From the NCBI GenBank assembly GCA_015680685.1, contig MNCI01002813.1:958398-1022397 (forward strand): a stretch of DNA of 64,000 bases, read 5' to 3'. Of the stretch, positions 27,368-41,990 are shown one piece after another. The position numbers were made by a program, and so were the translations under genes. The notes beneath the pieces were generated by a model. The model ran no database searches and was not told where the DNA came from. It saw nothing but the letters and a program-made list of their open reading frames with translations. The stretch is from Gnetum montanum. Its lineage: Eukaryota > Plantae > Gnetophyta. The stretch's first letter is position 1; each line of letters opens with the position of its first letter.

Positions 27368-30300
27368 TTTGGATATCTAATTTTTGTGCACACTAATCAT
27401 AGTGCAATTCACTTCCTAATGAATAAGCCAATGGTGAGCCCACATGTTATATGGTGGTTGGTGATCTTGTAGGAGTTTTATTTAGTGATTGTGGGCAGAA
27501 AGGGAACTAGAAATGTAGTTGTAGATCATCTATCTTGGTTAAGATGAGATAATAATGACAATAAAAAGCCTTTGTTTGATCAATCTTCAGATTGGCTTCT
27601 CTTTACCAAGACAATTGAAGTTCATACACTAAGGGTTACAAATTAGTATTACAAAGTTCTCTCATATCTACTCACATAAGACTCCTATTGAATGGGATCA
27701 TGGGAAGAAACAATAGTTTCTCCACTAAGTCAAACACTACATATAAATAAAGGGTAACATTTACAAATTTTATGTTGATGTTATGGTATGATGATGCAAT
27801 TCAACTAAGAGTACTCCAAGATACTCATGAGGGTTCTTGTGAGGGCCACTAGGTAGGAAGATGAATGGCCACAAAGATCCTAATGACAAGATATTTTTGG
27901 CCAACAATCTTCAAGGACACCTACCATTTCACTTATTTACGCAAGAGATGCCAATGAGATGGATGAATGAAAACTAGAATGGAAGGACCCCAATAGTGGA
28001 TTTAACCATTGGAGTCCTTTGACCTTTAGAGGACTGATTTCATGGGACCCATCACTTCCATGTCCAATGGGAAGTCATACATCATTGTTTTTGTTGACTA
28101 CTATACAAAATAGACTGAAGCCTGAGTTGTTTCTAATTATACCTCTACTACTATAGCTTGATTCTTTCAAAAACAAGTGGTAAATAGGTTTGGTGTGCCT
28201 AGGATGCTGATTTTTGACAATGAAACACATTTCATAGGTAATACCTTTCACAAGTTAATGTGATGCTTGGGGGTGCAACATAAACTTACAACACCTTACC
28301 ACCCTCAAGCCAATGGTCAAGTAGAAGTAACCAATAGGGAGATTACTCAAATCTTAACATGAACTATTAGTATATATAGGGAAGACTGGAGTACCAAACT
28401 CAACGATGCTTTATGAGCATACTGCTTAACATGGAAACTTTCTATAGGCTACTCTCCCTATTAGTTAATGTATGGAAAGTTACCCAAACTGCCAATTGAA
28501 ATTGAACTTTGTACACTCACAATAGCATGTGAGCTTCACTTAGACATTAACCTAGTACAAAAAGAATGACTCATAACACTCAACATGCTAGACAAAAATC
28601 AAAGAGTAGCTCTAATGATGAATAAATTGCAGAAGGCATAGAATAAATAATGTCATGATGTATAGATAAGTAATGTTGAATTGAAACTAGAAGATAAGGT
28701 TCTCTATTAGAATCCCATGTATTTGCCACAATGAACCTAGTTCCAGACATTATGAGAAGGACCATACATTATACAACTTGGGTAAACAATCCCTTACATA
28801 TAAGACCTATTGCTTATGCTATTTGGAATGATAATTTACCATCCAACAAGCCCTCAAAAGCACATGCTGGTTAGCATCCAATAACTTAAACCCTTTACAA
28901 ACTTCTAAGTAACTAGCTGCAACACTAACACCTCAAATCAAGAACAAGCTTTCTCCATTTTTTGAATCTCCTCCTTCCAACTTGGTTGTGAGAGAGATAA
29001 CCATCTATCATAACACCTATAATAGGATGAAAGAGCTTTTTCTTCTTTTTTTATTTTGCATAATTCTTTATATGTTTTTCATTTTCTTGATATTTTACTA
29101 ATTATCTTATTCATTTTCCTTTTATACATTTTCTACTTTTTATTTTTATTTTTGTTAATTTTATTTCATCTTAATTAAAATCTCTGATTTTTTTCCATGA
29201 CTACTGTGAACTTTGAAAATTTTTGAACATAACTATCAAGGTAATGATATAATACACAAGCCAATAGTGTCTTTAGATTATGCTTTCTACTAATAGTATA
29301 TCAATTTTTTGATGGTATTAGGCAATGAGTTTACAACATCCATCCATTCCATCTATCTCATGAGGAGTTTTGCATCATGAAAGCATGAAGGTTCTTTCAT
29401 ATCAAAACTAAAAACAACATATGATCTTGTTATCCAATGAACTAGGAAAGGACTAAGTACGAGTGGAAAAAGATGTGACCTTAAGGGGATTTGTTATGTT
29501 CTTTTCTCAACTTCCTTCTTAAGTTTTATGACTCCTCATGGGTATATCATCACTTCCACTATCAACCATAAAAAGAAGTATGTCTTTGTATGGTGTGGTT
29601 CCAGAAAAAAAGGGAATTCAAAGAACACCTCTTTGAAGATCTCTTGGAATACAAGCACTAGTTATGGGTCTGGAAAGACATGTTACTAATGCTTGAAGGC
29701 ACCCTTCTAACTAAGGCCCAAATTTCTTCATAACTACTTCTTTCTTATTTTGGAGTGATGATTGTCCTTTGTGGTTGTTGTCAACTCATGATGGTAGGAG
29801 AGGAGGAAAACATGAACATGAGGCTAGTGCAATTGGAGTGGACTTGGTCTAGACTTGGAATGAATTGGTATCGAGTCATCTTAATCATGAATTTCACTAA
29901 GGACCCCATGTGACCATGATTCGGATTGTTCCTCTACTGTTCTCTTTCTACCATTCTTGAACTTCATTTTCTATCACCATACTACCTCATACCATGGTCA
30001 ATTGATAGTTTCCTAAGCCAATCCATCACATGGGTATAGTGTTTAACTTGAACAACCATTCATCATCTATGGTGCCTACAAACTTCTTGTGGTGAGGTTA
30101 TGCAAGGGCATATTAGGCATAAGCCTACTTTGGGAAGGACCCACTTTCATATCTCTTTGTTTCCTTCAAGATAAACCTTATGACCATGGATCTTATTTTG
30201 ATCTTGATAATTTTGATAGATTGCATCATCCAATTTTTGCTCTAGTTTGGCATAAGGAAAATCTCCTAGTTACTCATCATGCATGGTTACAATGCTTTAA

Positions 30301-33300
30301 TTTCATAAAAATATCTCCTATTTAGTTCAAGAAATAGCAAAGACACTCATATTATCTAACACTGGGGTGAAGCTGGTAGAAATCTCCATGTAGGAGAACC
30401 CAAAAGCAAAGAAAGAGTGGGTTCAATGATGTTATCAAGTAGACTACAAGGACTATGGTGCACTAACCAAGGCTGAGCGAGCCTACTTCAAGATCATGGC
30501 CTACCACCTTAATTTAACCATGAGGCCAAGTAAAATGATTACCTTCTCTACCAAGCTATGTGTGCCTTTAAGCAAAAAATTACAAGTCAACTTGCCCCAG
30601 CTTATCTTCCTTGAAGTAGATAAGAATTTCAAGAATAACAAGAAGGGTAAGAAGACACTCACCTTTTTATGCCTTATCATAGAACTTTGTAAAGGTGAGG
30701 GATAAATCACTACTTCAATGATGTGATTGGTAGAGCTCCTACCACATCATGACAAGAGATGATGAAAGATAAAAGTGCCTACTAAGCTTTAAGAGGAGAA
30801 GCAACCATCACCACCACTTCCTACAACACCAAAGATGATAAAAAAAATGTTGGTAGCTACTAAACATCTAAGGAAAGTTAGAAAAAATTAGCTACACCAA
30901 CAAGCCTTTGGAGATGGTGGAGAATTTTTCATATATAGACTAGCCATGAGCCATTTGAATGATGTCACAAGGATCATCAGCTAGTTAGATGATGGGATGA
31001 TCCCACTATTTTTTTTTGAAAAGAAACTAGGCTCATGTTTGCTCTAATTCCAAAGCCAAAGAAGTCACTATGTCCATTCTAGGATAGGCATTTCCAAAAA
31101 TATCTGTAAATGTAATAGCCTTCTCTATGATGACAGAAGAAGGTGAAGGCACAACAGTCTTGGTCATGCAACACAAGGGCTAAGAAACAATAACATAGGT
31201 GGTGGTAGAATATATTGAAGAAGCCTTGAGTGCTCATGTAGCTTTTGTCCTTGATGTTGCTACTATCACAGATGTACAAGCATTCGTAGGAGTTGGAAGT
31301 AGAGGGATGAGTGTAGCCTAGCATGAGAAAGTGTTGGAGCGATTGGTGGGAGCTGAGCAACTAATTCTACAGATCTTTGATTTCCTAAAAGGCATTTCTA
31401 CTACCTAGCCACAACTACTAGAGACAAAGAACAAACTATTAATTGCAAATGTGCAACTTGAGAAGGCCATCATTAGCAACTGATGGTTGACCACTGCGGT
31501 TGCAAAACTTAGAGCCCACTTGTTAGATCTTGCCATTCTCAAATAGAAGCTTACTAGAGATGAATATTTTCAATAGCTTTAGCAAAAAATATCATGAGGC
31601 TAGAAATGCCAAGGAGATGATGATCTTTTCTACATCACTGTTGAAGGCAATGATGAATTTCTCCAATCATGACTTTCAATAGGTTCACAAAGAGAATCTG
31701 GTGCTAACCTAAGACAATCATTTCTTGTGAAATGCTAAGTAATAGAAGGAATAGATAGTTGAAGAAATTTGCTAGTAGTAGGAATAGATTACCAAGGTAA
31801 ACTTGGATTTTAAGAGGTTGGTTGTGGAGAATGGCAATCTCACAATGGAGGAGGTTTGTGTCCTTCTCCAAAAGATAGTAATTGAGGTCATCACTTGGAA
31901 GAATGAGGCCCTAAAGTATAAACTTGTCAAAAACCACTATAGGGACTAGGTTAGGATGCTCAAAGAAATAAATGAAAAGAAAATAAAATTTGCAAAGATG
32001 AAGGTGAACAAAGCCCTCTAGTAACTCCAACAAAGAAGCGATGTCTGGTAGCCTATCTTTGATGATCTCAATGACTACAACCAAGTAGAAATCCATTTAA
32101 AGAAGTTGGAAATTGAGGAGATGAAAAAAATACATGGAACTTTCCAACCTACAATATGCAAACTTGGCAATGTTAATAGCAGGGAGGCTAGGATCATAGT
32201 TAAGAAAGAAAGTGATCAGCTCTTACCTCCACTATGAGGTGGAGTTCAAGCTCCACAAAGAGACTAAGAAAAAGTTGGAACTGACCAATGTAGAGCTTGA
32301 AGTTCTCAAAAGCAAGTTCATTGATCAAAGATCCATTGTTGAGAACTTGGCTAGAAGAATAAGTGACTACTAGGAGTTACAGAACCTTATCTGTACATTT
32401 GAATTTGAATGTAAATAATTTACAGCCTAATTTGTCAACATGAAAGAGATGTTTCCCACATTGCCATGTCTATGGGACATATTAGCATCATCTCATCTAG
32501 GTAAAGTAGCCTAAATCATCCATGATTCATGGGGTAAAGGAGAAAAGATGAAGGTACTTTTGGATGCCTTCCAACTTATTGTAGTAATAGTAGGAAAGCC
32601 TAGACCTTCAATACTGTAGGAACATAATGAAGAACCCTTCGCACCATAGGAGCCTCCACCTCTAGGCATGGTGTGAAGACTTCATTATGGTCTTCATCCA
32701 TCTAGTTGGCACCTACTAATTATTACCAAAGTGTCCAAATTCTCTATACAATGCATTGATTTTGTATCCATGCAAATTATAAGTCAAAACGACACTCATG
32801 AGTTCTTTTGTTTGTCATAGTCTGTTAGTTAATTCCATACTTTCCTAAATTTTGTAAGAAACTCTATCTTGTTTTGTTCACTTGAGGATGAGTTTTTAGT
32901 TAGTCATGAAGGTATGAGGAAGTGTTAATAAGTTGGCTGCACTGATGCATCCCTATTGACACATTCTTAGATGCGTTGGCGCATATGCATCAGCGCTAGC
33001 CCTCCCAAAGCTTATATAAATGTGCACACCAACCGCATTTATGACATCTTTGGTTAGTCTAGTAGCCAAACTCTTACAATTTTCTTCCACACAACTTAGA
33101 AAAATTTCTCTTTGAGTGCCTACAACATTGATTGAATTAATTGTATGAAATTTTATTTAAGTGCAAGATGTACCTGGACACAGTTTCATGAACAAAAATA
33201 AAATTGAGATTTCTTCTCTCCATTGTAGCACTTGGATTAGCTTAAGTTTACTTTCAAGAATTTTAATTTACAAGTAGTTTATGTTTCAATACTTAAACAC

Positions 33301-33773
33301 TTAATATTTTAGTCCATGGTAATGTGAGTACAATCACTTCGAGCATAATATACTAATGCTTGGTAATCCTAGTGGTGAATACTTCATACACCTTGCAGTA
33401 AAAACTTGGTAACCTAGTGATGTTGGTGTAAGTTTAGGATGTGTATAGGAAGTGGGAATGGATACTCTATGTTTAGGATAGCTTAGTCATTAATTAGTTA
33501 AAGCTTAATATCTCAACTATTTTCTTCCTTAATACTTTTTATAGATAAAAATAATAAAAATTATAAATACAAATATCTTACACCTCAATCACACTTAGCT
33601 ATACAGATAAAGTTAACATAAGTAATGATTGGGAAGACAACGACTAGTAACCTCACATTTTACTATCTAGGACATAGGCTACTTAGGTAGAAGGCATCCA
33701 CAAAATTTGATTGGATCATGCATACATGCTTGTGATTTGTATGATTGGGTGTAGGGATACTCACTACTCATTA
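27368..33773 (+). mobile_element. 5'-truncated Athila-like element E2 (RNase H tail, integrase, conserved spacer, ORF2, 3' LTR)
   Basis: HTNHSAIHFL RNase H end; integrase ([18 protein letters not shown]); ORF2 ~30330-32700; PPT TAGTCATGAAGGTA; LTR 32915-33773. Confidence 0.88.
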
Positions 33774-33789
33774 GTCATACTTTCTTAGA

Positions 33790-35600
33790 AAAATTATTCA
33801 TTTCTTTTGATGATACAATGTAGGGGATAAAAATATTAGCATTAGGAAAAGCTATTGATGTAAATAACATATATAGAGAAATACTTAAATGGGGAGAGCT
33901 ATGAATGTAGAATGTCATCTAGAAGAAGTTAAATTTGACTATGCAAGTAAGGTTAGAAAAGGAATAGTGCATCAAGAAAGAATTTATGCTTTTAAAGAAG
34001 GAGATAAAAATTATTTAAATAATTATAGATTAATTATGATCAACAATATTTTTGTTAAGCTTTAGGGTATTATTCTAGGAACTATACTTAGAAGATGGGC
34101 TAAAGAAAATTTGATATGTGCATTTTCCTAAGTAGGATTTGGGAAACAACATTTTACCATAGAATATCTTATCATTTTAAAATATCTTATTGATAGAATA
34201 AAATGTTCACACAAGAAAACTTTTATTTACTTTGTAGATTTCTCTAGGGTGTATGATGTAGCCACTCAAAACAAGTTGTGGAGGCACTAGGAAAATTTAG
34301 AAGTTTTCAACACACTATTATCTACCATTTAAAAACTTTACAAAGGAATATGTAGTCAATTTGGATATTTTTATTGATGATCTTGAATAGTGAATTCATA
34401 AATTACCAACTCAATTTGCGATTACAATTGGAAGTAGTCTTGTTAGCCTCTTACTCTATTTTGATTATGTTGTCTTAATTTCAAATTCAATGGTAGGATT
34501 GCAAAAATTGCTTAATACTCTTGGTGATTTTTGCCAGCATTTAAAAATGAAAGTTAACATCTAAAATACTAAAATCATGATTTGTGGTTCATGTAATAAG
34601 ATGTACAAGTTTATTATAGGAAATGAACATATAGACATAACTTTATCTTACACATATCTTCGCTTATAATGCTCCTACAATTACAAATGGGATAAATGCA
34701 TTACTCAAGTGTTGCAAATGGGATATTTGCTTTAAAAAGTAATTATAAGAAAGAATCTAGTATTGCTTGAGATATCCAAAAACAATTTTATCATACCATT
34801 GTTCAATCAACTATTCTTTATGGCTATGTTATATGGCATTGTACTCTATCAAATAAATATTAAAAACAAATAGAAAATATTTAGAATCTTTTTTTGCATG
34901 ATGAATTTAAAGTGAAGATATAGACATAATATGTTATGCTCTTTGAAGTAGAGATGATGCTCTTAAAAGTTGAAGATATTTGTTAGTTTATATCCTACAC
35001 TCATAATATTTTTGAATCCTTGATGGATAAATACTCCAAAAAAGTAATGATGAAAACCTATGATAAAGGATGAATTCATGAGAAAGTTCTATGGCTTAAT
35101 AAATAGAATATTTAAGAGTGCATTCTTTATTATGATCCTAAGTAAGTTCACAAATTGGTAAAACATGTAATATTTCAAAAACTTTGGAAAAATATAGAAG
35201 AAAAACAATTTATATTTGAATAGTATTAGGGGATGCCTTAATTTAAAGTTTCATTATTTCTTACTTGTTATTCCTGATTGGTTATAATGAATGATTAGGA
35301 GAGCATGAATGGGATCTCATTATCTTAGAGTAATTCCTTGTGAAGAATGAATATGCCCATTATGCAATACAAATAGAATTGAAGATGAATACTACATTTT
35401 TATGTAGTGTTATATATTTGAGCACCTTCCACATAGATGGAAAATAAGAATTGAAAATTTGGTTGATTTGTTCCAAGTGTTACTAAGGACATGGTAATTT
35501 TCCTAATACTCTTTTTAAAAATCATAGCTTGTACATTACTACTATCCAATAGATCCAATGGGTCTATGGAGATGATAAAATTTTAGAATAAATTTAATTT
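33790..35600 (+). mobile_element. degenerate non-LTR retrotransposon (L2/RTEX-like LINE), 3' portion
   Basis: RT motifs GFGKQHFTIE, FVDFSRVYD and LLYFDYVVL (decayed YADD), plus a C-terminal GSHYL...ICPLCN...IEDEY zinc-knuckle region. Clade assignment is tentative. Confidence 0.7.
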
Positions 35601-35914
35601 TCTTTTTTAGGAAAAATTGCTTTGCTTTTCCTATTTAGTTTTGTATCATAAGCTAGTCGTGAGCATTATTAAAGATAAGTGAAAATAATCATCCTAACTG
35701 TTGGCACAACAATATCTTTTCATGGAATAGTATACATTAGAAGTATTGAGCTTATTTGGAAAAATATTTAGAAGCTTTTCAAATTGATAGAAAATTTGTT
35801 AAATAAAAATAGTGTGATAAAACTTGATCACTCACATTGTTTACATAAGTAATGAAATATTCTTAGCAAGCTCAAAAAGAAATTCTCAATTTTGGCTTAT
35901 AATTTTATTTCCCT

Positions 35915-36995
35915 AAAACATTTAAATGCATCAAGGAAGTAAATGAATGAATTTTGGTAAAAGGTAATGAAATATTTGATAGGTGGAAAAATTAATTTCA
36001 AGAATTGTTAAATGAAGAATTTTCAAGAGAAGACATCTAAGAACCAAATTTTGGTTTGGTTAATGAAATTTCCTTCTTTGAGTTGAAGATAGCCTTATCA
36101 AAGATAAAAAATGGGAAGCTGTTGGACCAAACAACATTCCTATAGAAGCTTAGAAAGCATTGGGAGATACGAGAGTTTCTTGGTTGATATAGTTATTCAA
36201 CAAAATTTTGAAGGATGGAGAAATACCCAAAAATTGGAGAAAAAGCTTTATTGTTCACATTTATAAAAATAAAGGAGATGATATATATATATATATATAT
36301 ATTTCAACTAAAATGGAGAAGTGAAGACATGCTCTAGAATAAAAAGGCTTAAAAATTAGCAAAAGTAAGATAGAATACATGGAATGAAATTTTAATAATA
36401 ATATACATAGTGGTGAAATAGAAGTGACTACTCAACACAAAAAATCTCTCACTCCAAACAATTTCACTACCTAAGATCAATTCTCCAATAAGATGGTGAA
36501 ATTGATAAAGATATTAAAATAGAATTGAGTAAAATTGTAAAAATGAAGATAGGCTAGTGGTTTGCTATATGATAAAAAATGTTAATAAAATTAAAGAGGA
36601 AATTTTACAGAACATCATTTAGGCCTACTATCTTATATGATGTTGAATGTTGGTAGTACAATAGAGGCATGAACAACAAATTAGTGTGACGAAAATGTGC
36701 ATGCTTTGATGGATGTTGAATGTTATTAGAAGAGATAAATTAAATAATATAGACATTAGAGAAAGACTTAGAGTGAATTTTTTTAGGCAAGCTACAAGAA
36801 TGGTGGCTTAGATGATTGGGAAATGTGCAATGAAGATCAGACAATGAGCCTATAAACAAAGGTCACTACATCATTGTTCCATGAAAGTCACCAAAAGGAA
36901 AAGACCAAAGAAGATATTGGAAAAATGATAGAAATTTTTTTGAAGAAACTACAAATAAATAAAAATCTATCTCTTCATTAAGGTGAATGGTAAAA
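35915..36995 (+). mobile_element. RTE-clade LINE fragment with RT core deleted
   Basis: Translates to KCIKEVNDEILVK, LFNKILKDGEIPKNWRKSFIV.IYKNKGD, KLKRKFYRTSFRPTILY..ECW and KLQEWWLR, all typical of plant RTE ORF2. Confidence 0.8.
36281..36302. repeat. (AT)11 microsatellite
   Basis: Seen directly in the sequence. Confidence 0.95.
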
Positions 36996-37399
36996 AAGAG
37001 TTTAGGACAATCCTAGAATGATTATGAACTTTACTTCCCTAGAATGTGAGTGCATAAAATGAAAAGCCCTAGATGAAGAACAAAGCTTACAAAGATAATT
37101 TTTTTTTAAAAAATGTTTGTTTATTATAGCTAGGATTCTAAGAATGATTCTTCATAATGGAAATTTTAAATATTTCAAAGCTCAGAAGTTTTTTTTAGCA
37201 ATTAAACATATAGGCTCATTGGTTTTAGTTTCAAGGAATCGATATGAAAAGTTGAATTTTGAGCCAAATTACATTATGTAAGATACCCAAGTGTAGTGTT
37301 GGGTAAATAATTACATCCTAATCAACCTAAAGAAAAGAGCTTATGAGGATAGAATCTAATCTAAAAGATCATTTCTTCTTATGAAGGTTATTTAGGAAG

Positions 37400-38925
37400 C
37401 ATACGATCAATAGAGATTGGTTCATAGAGCTAAAAGGATTGGTTCTACAGCTACTATGTTAGCTAATGACAAGTTAGTATTAATAAAAATACTTAATTGC
37501 AGGAAAGTTGGATCGCTTACTCAAAGCTATATTAGAAAAAGCTTGTAGAGCCTAAATTTGGATGAGTAAAAGAAAGATCATGTTATTTGGCTACATTAGC
37601 TAGTTGAGTTGGAATGGATTGTAGAACTGAATATTGTTTTTACAAAAAGCTCTAAAAATGGTACTATGAACCACATTCACATTATCAAATTTATGGATCA
37701 AAAATCAGTTCTATTATCAATGGCTCAACTAGCTTTATAATCCATGTTAGCTTGTAAAGTTATAGAAGATTGGTAGAACCAAATAGTGGTTCTACAACTA
37801 AGCTCTAAAATAGTTCCATGATGCATGTTAGCTTAACAAGTTGGTAAGCTCATAAAATTGGAGAAAACTTGGAGAATTGAAAATTGGTTCTACAAATGAG
37901 CTTTAAAATGGTTCTACCACATCAATTGATTGGAGGTTAAATATTAGTTTCTTATTATCATGAGACTCAATTCTATAAAGAAAACCCAAAATTTGATTTT
38001 ATAGTTAAAACTCTAATGCCACATGGGATGAATAAGGAAAGCTTAGTTTAAAGGCCAGAAAGAAAGTATCTCAAGGAGGAATAGAATCAATTCATTAAGA
38101 GAAGCTTTCCTTATCAACCAAATTAGATTTGAGAAGGTGAGCTTTGTAGAACTAAAAATCAATTCTACAAGTGAGCTTCTAAATATTAGTTTTACAAGGC
38201 AAATCAACTAGTCATTGCTTGAGAAATAGAATCAAAAATTGGTTCTACAAGGAAGCTTTAGAATGATTCTATGAACCACATTAGCACTTTGTATCAAAAC
38301 GGTTAGTAGAAAAAAACTAGCTCTACATAGAAAACAAAAAATGGTTCTACAAGCCACGTTGGAGCTTTTAAAAGTCACAAAGCTCAAAGATGATTCAACA
38401 AGAAAAGCTCAAAAAATGGTACAACATGTAGAAATTGGTTCTACATCTAAGCTCATTTTTGGTTCTACCATGTCAGAAAAATGGGGAAGAAAACTTATAG
38501 AACCAAAATTTGATTCTACAAACAAGCTTGAAAATGATTCTATGAACCATGTCAGTAGTTGGTATAGTGCGAGTTTGTAAAATGAAAAAGAGGTTCTATG
38601 AACAAAAGCTAAATTGATTCTACAAACCATGTCAAAACCAAAGGATGAATTTCTTTCTAAAAGCTTAGAAATAGGGCTTGCTATAGGATTTTCCATACAT
38701 GTTCAATTACAATTTTAATCTAGCTCAACAAGGTTGGGTGTAAGAAAATATTTAAAGTTTCAAAGAAAACCTAGGAGAAATGCAAGCTTAATATATAGAA
38801 GAAAGTTCATAAAATCAAAAATTGGTTTTATGAGTTGTTCTACAAGCTAGTTACAAATTGGTTTTGCCAAGTCAACTTACAATAAGAAAAAAGGTTTAGT
38901 CTAACTAAAAAGTGGTTCTACAAGA
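37400..38925. repeat. degenerate interspersed repeat field of GGTTCTAC / GTAGAACC / GAGCT motifs
   Basis: Many copies of AAAATTGGTTCTACAA-like words in both orientations. Confidence 0.75.
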
Positions 38926-41767
38926 TATATAGGGATGTGAAGGAGCTTTAATTTTAATCCACCTTAGCAAATCATAGATTAACAAATAGAGAAAAACTTG
39001 TTTAGATTTGATGAAGATCATAACTTAATTGAGAAAACATAGCTCAAAAGTTTAGAAACAATGCAGGATTGACATGAAGTTTATGAAAAGACAAGCCTCC
39101 ATAAGCTTGGTTTTAGACCTAGGGCTAACATTATAAGAGATGTCATTAATTGCATGATAGCTAAAACCATCTATGAGAAGGATAAGCTCTACTTCAAAGG
39201 AAATATAGATTTCTTCATCAACACTAGTGTTAGGAAAGCATATGAACTCTATGGCCTCATCAAACTTGATATAACAAAAGTGGAAGCTTGAAAATATAAC
39301 AAGGAAGTGCTTTGTGGAAAGTTTTGGATGCACTTAGAAATAGGAAAAGTTTTCAAGCTTCCACTGACATAGCTTGCTAAAGGCTAGGGATGTCGAAACA
39401 CTATTTTAAAGGTGACAAAGCTTAGGAATCCTTATAGAATTTCTATTTTAACTTTGAATTTCTATACAAGATGTGAAATTAATGTTGTTGCAGATTATCA
39501 TGTTTGGTCTTGGGTAGCTTTAGAACTTAAAAAGAATTTCTTTCTAGTACAATATATGAATGACATACTATAGTAGATCTTAGTGGAGATTCATGAATAG
39601 GGAGCTTCATTAAATCTAAGCTCATTTTTGATAGATTTCTTACTAAGTGAGATTCTAAAGCCTAAAAGGACAACTTCAGTTTTTACCAAATATGCATAAT
39701 AGCATAGAGCTTATCCTAAAGATCCCTAGTATGATTTTTTCCCAGTCCTCTATCAAAAGAGTTAATTTGATGCCCAAGACTTAGAATTCTTAATGAACTA
39801 TCCCCATTTATTTAAGTTCATCTTAGAAGCTTTTCCATCATGAATAGATCAACAAATTATCAATGAAATATAAATTAATCATCATGGAGCTGTCTTTATA
39901 CATGTTCTTTACACCCAAATTTTGATAACAGAGTTTGAAAGGAAAATATTTAAGCTTTCAAGGTTCGTAGCTCCATATTTAGTGACTTTGGATATGGGAA
40001 GATAAATGTCGGAGAGTTCCTTAATGCATGACTATAAACATAAGAAAGTTTTCCCTCTAAATTTGACTTTTAGGAATTTAATAATGCATGGCATTTGAAA
40101 GGTATGGCCAAGAGATAAAAGGGACAGTGTGATTTTTTTGTAGCACCTAAGAGAATATATGCAGCCATGAAGACTTCAAAAGTACACCAACTTGATGAAA
40201 TATATGTGATATATCAAAGAGCTATAGATAAATAAATTAATCAAGCCAAAGATGAAGCACTAGAATAGCTAAGAAATTTTTTTTCAATAAATCTTTCTAC
40301 CTCCACTTGTGATCGACTAATCATAGAAGTTTGTAGATGGATTGAAAGCAGGGATCATCTTTTGACTAGGGATTTTCCAAAAGAATATTGGTTTTAATGG
40401 AAGAAAACTATATTTTATGGAAGTTTGAAGACATTGAAGAAGTTATGCATGATGAAAGATTCCCACAAAATAATGTTGAATATGCAAGGGTCAATGTTGA
40501 ATATGCTACGATCATAAATAAGGAGTCACCACTTGAAAACAAAGAGGAGGCTATGGCACAATTAGAAGAAAAGTTGGCTAATGTGAACTCAAAATTGTAA
40601 TAGTCCAAGTCGGCTAAAGCTCTAGTTCATTCTTATTTGTTGTAGCCCAATTTTTAGGAATTAATTACTAAATTTAGTTATCAAATAGAATGAATGCAGA
40701 AAACCAAGCCATTTTTACCCAAATGGATCATGGAGAACAAAATTTGGTTAAAATAGCTACCAAGAAAAGAGAAGCATTACCACCATGCAAGAAATATTTT
40801 TTAGATAATATCATAATGATAGTTGCAAGAATAATGGCAGAAGTTAATCAAAGAAGGTTAGAGTTGGAATAGATTTGTTCAACCATCGGAGCTACATTGA
40901 ATGAGTTAACTAATTTGTTAATTGAATTAGGCACTAATGAAGTAAGAGCAAAGGAGATTATTAAGAAGCTTGAAACACAGAGCCAGATACATTAAATCAA
41001 GCCATAAAAATTTTGCTTAATCATGGAAGAATAGCTCAATAGTTAATAATAGAAGAATTCTAGATTCACAAAATTAAGAAAGCTTATTAGGTAGTTGAGC
41101 AATTGTTCAATGGTTTCTAGCTTTATGAAGAAAACATGAAATTAAGTAAGTCATAATTTTGTAACTATTGTAATTGCCAAAAGCTACTCTATAAAGTCCT
41201 CAATAAATTTGGAAAAGAGAGTGAATATTTTTTTAAAAAAAATTGTAAAGAAAATTATGATAATGACATTCTAAGTAGGTTCAACTTATCTTTTTTGTCT
41301 ATTTCTCTTAATTAGTAGTAATATTAGCTACCTTTCTTGACTTGGTTAGCCTAGTTGATATGAAGCTATGTTTTAGTTAACAATATGTTTCAAAATAAGC
41401 TATTTTATTTAAATACAAAAGGTTTAGCTTATTTTTTTTATTCTTATTGAACGAGATAGCTTTGTAAGTGTTAGTCCTAAATGAGTTGAGCATAGAAATT
41501 ATCTTTCTTATTATGATTTTGGACTTTTAGAATAATTTTTCAATATTAGATTTTTGGTTTGTATAACATAACTTTTGCAAAATATAGCTTTTGAAAAGTA
41601 TGAATTCAAGGAATGATTTATTCTATACAACTATTTGTTTATTGTCCTAGCTATATAGAATTTAGAGCTAAATGAGTGAAAGGCTATTCTTCGTTAATGT
41701 TGAGAGATAGCTAAAAGAGAAATGTAACAATCATAAACAAAACAACACCTTCAAGTATTTGATAAAA

Positions 41768-41990
41768 AATGTAGGTTTAGTTATAATAAGCTCATTTAAA
41801 AGCAACAAAAGCTATTTGGGGGTATTTTTGCCTTGGTGGAATTAGAGACCAACAACCACCTAAAATGAGTAACTAAACAAATGTAGGTTTAGATATAATA
41901 AGATCATTTAAAACCAAAAAAAGCTACTTGGGGGTATTTGTGCCTTGGTGGAACTAGAGACCAACAACCACCTGAAATGAGTAACTAAAC
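41768..41990 (+). repeat. two-copy ~112-bp tandem duplication
   Basis: AATGTAGGTTTAG...GCCTTGGTGGAA(T/C)TAGAGACCAACAACCACCT(A/G)AAATGAGTAACTAAAC occurs twice. Confidence 0.9.
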
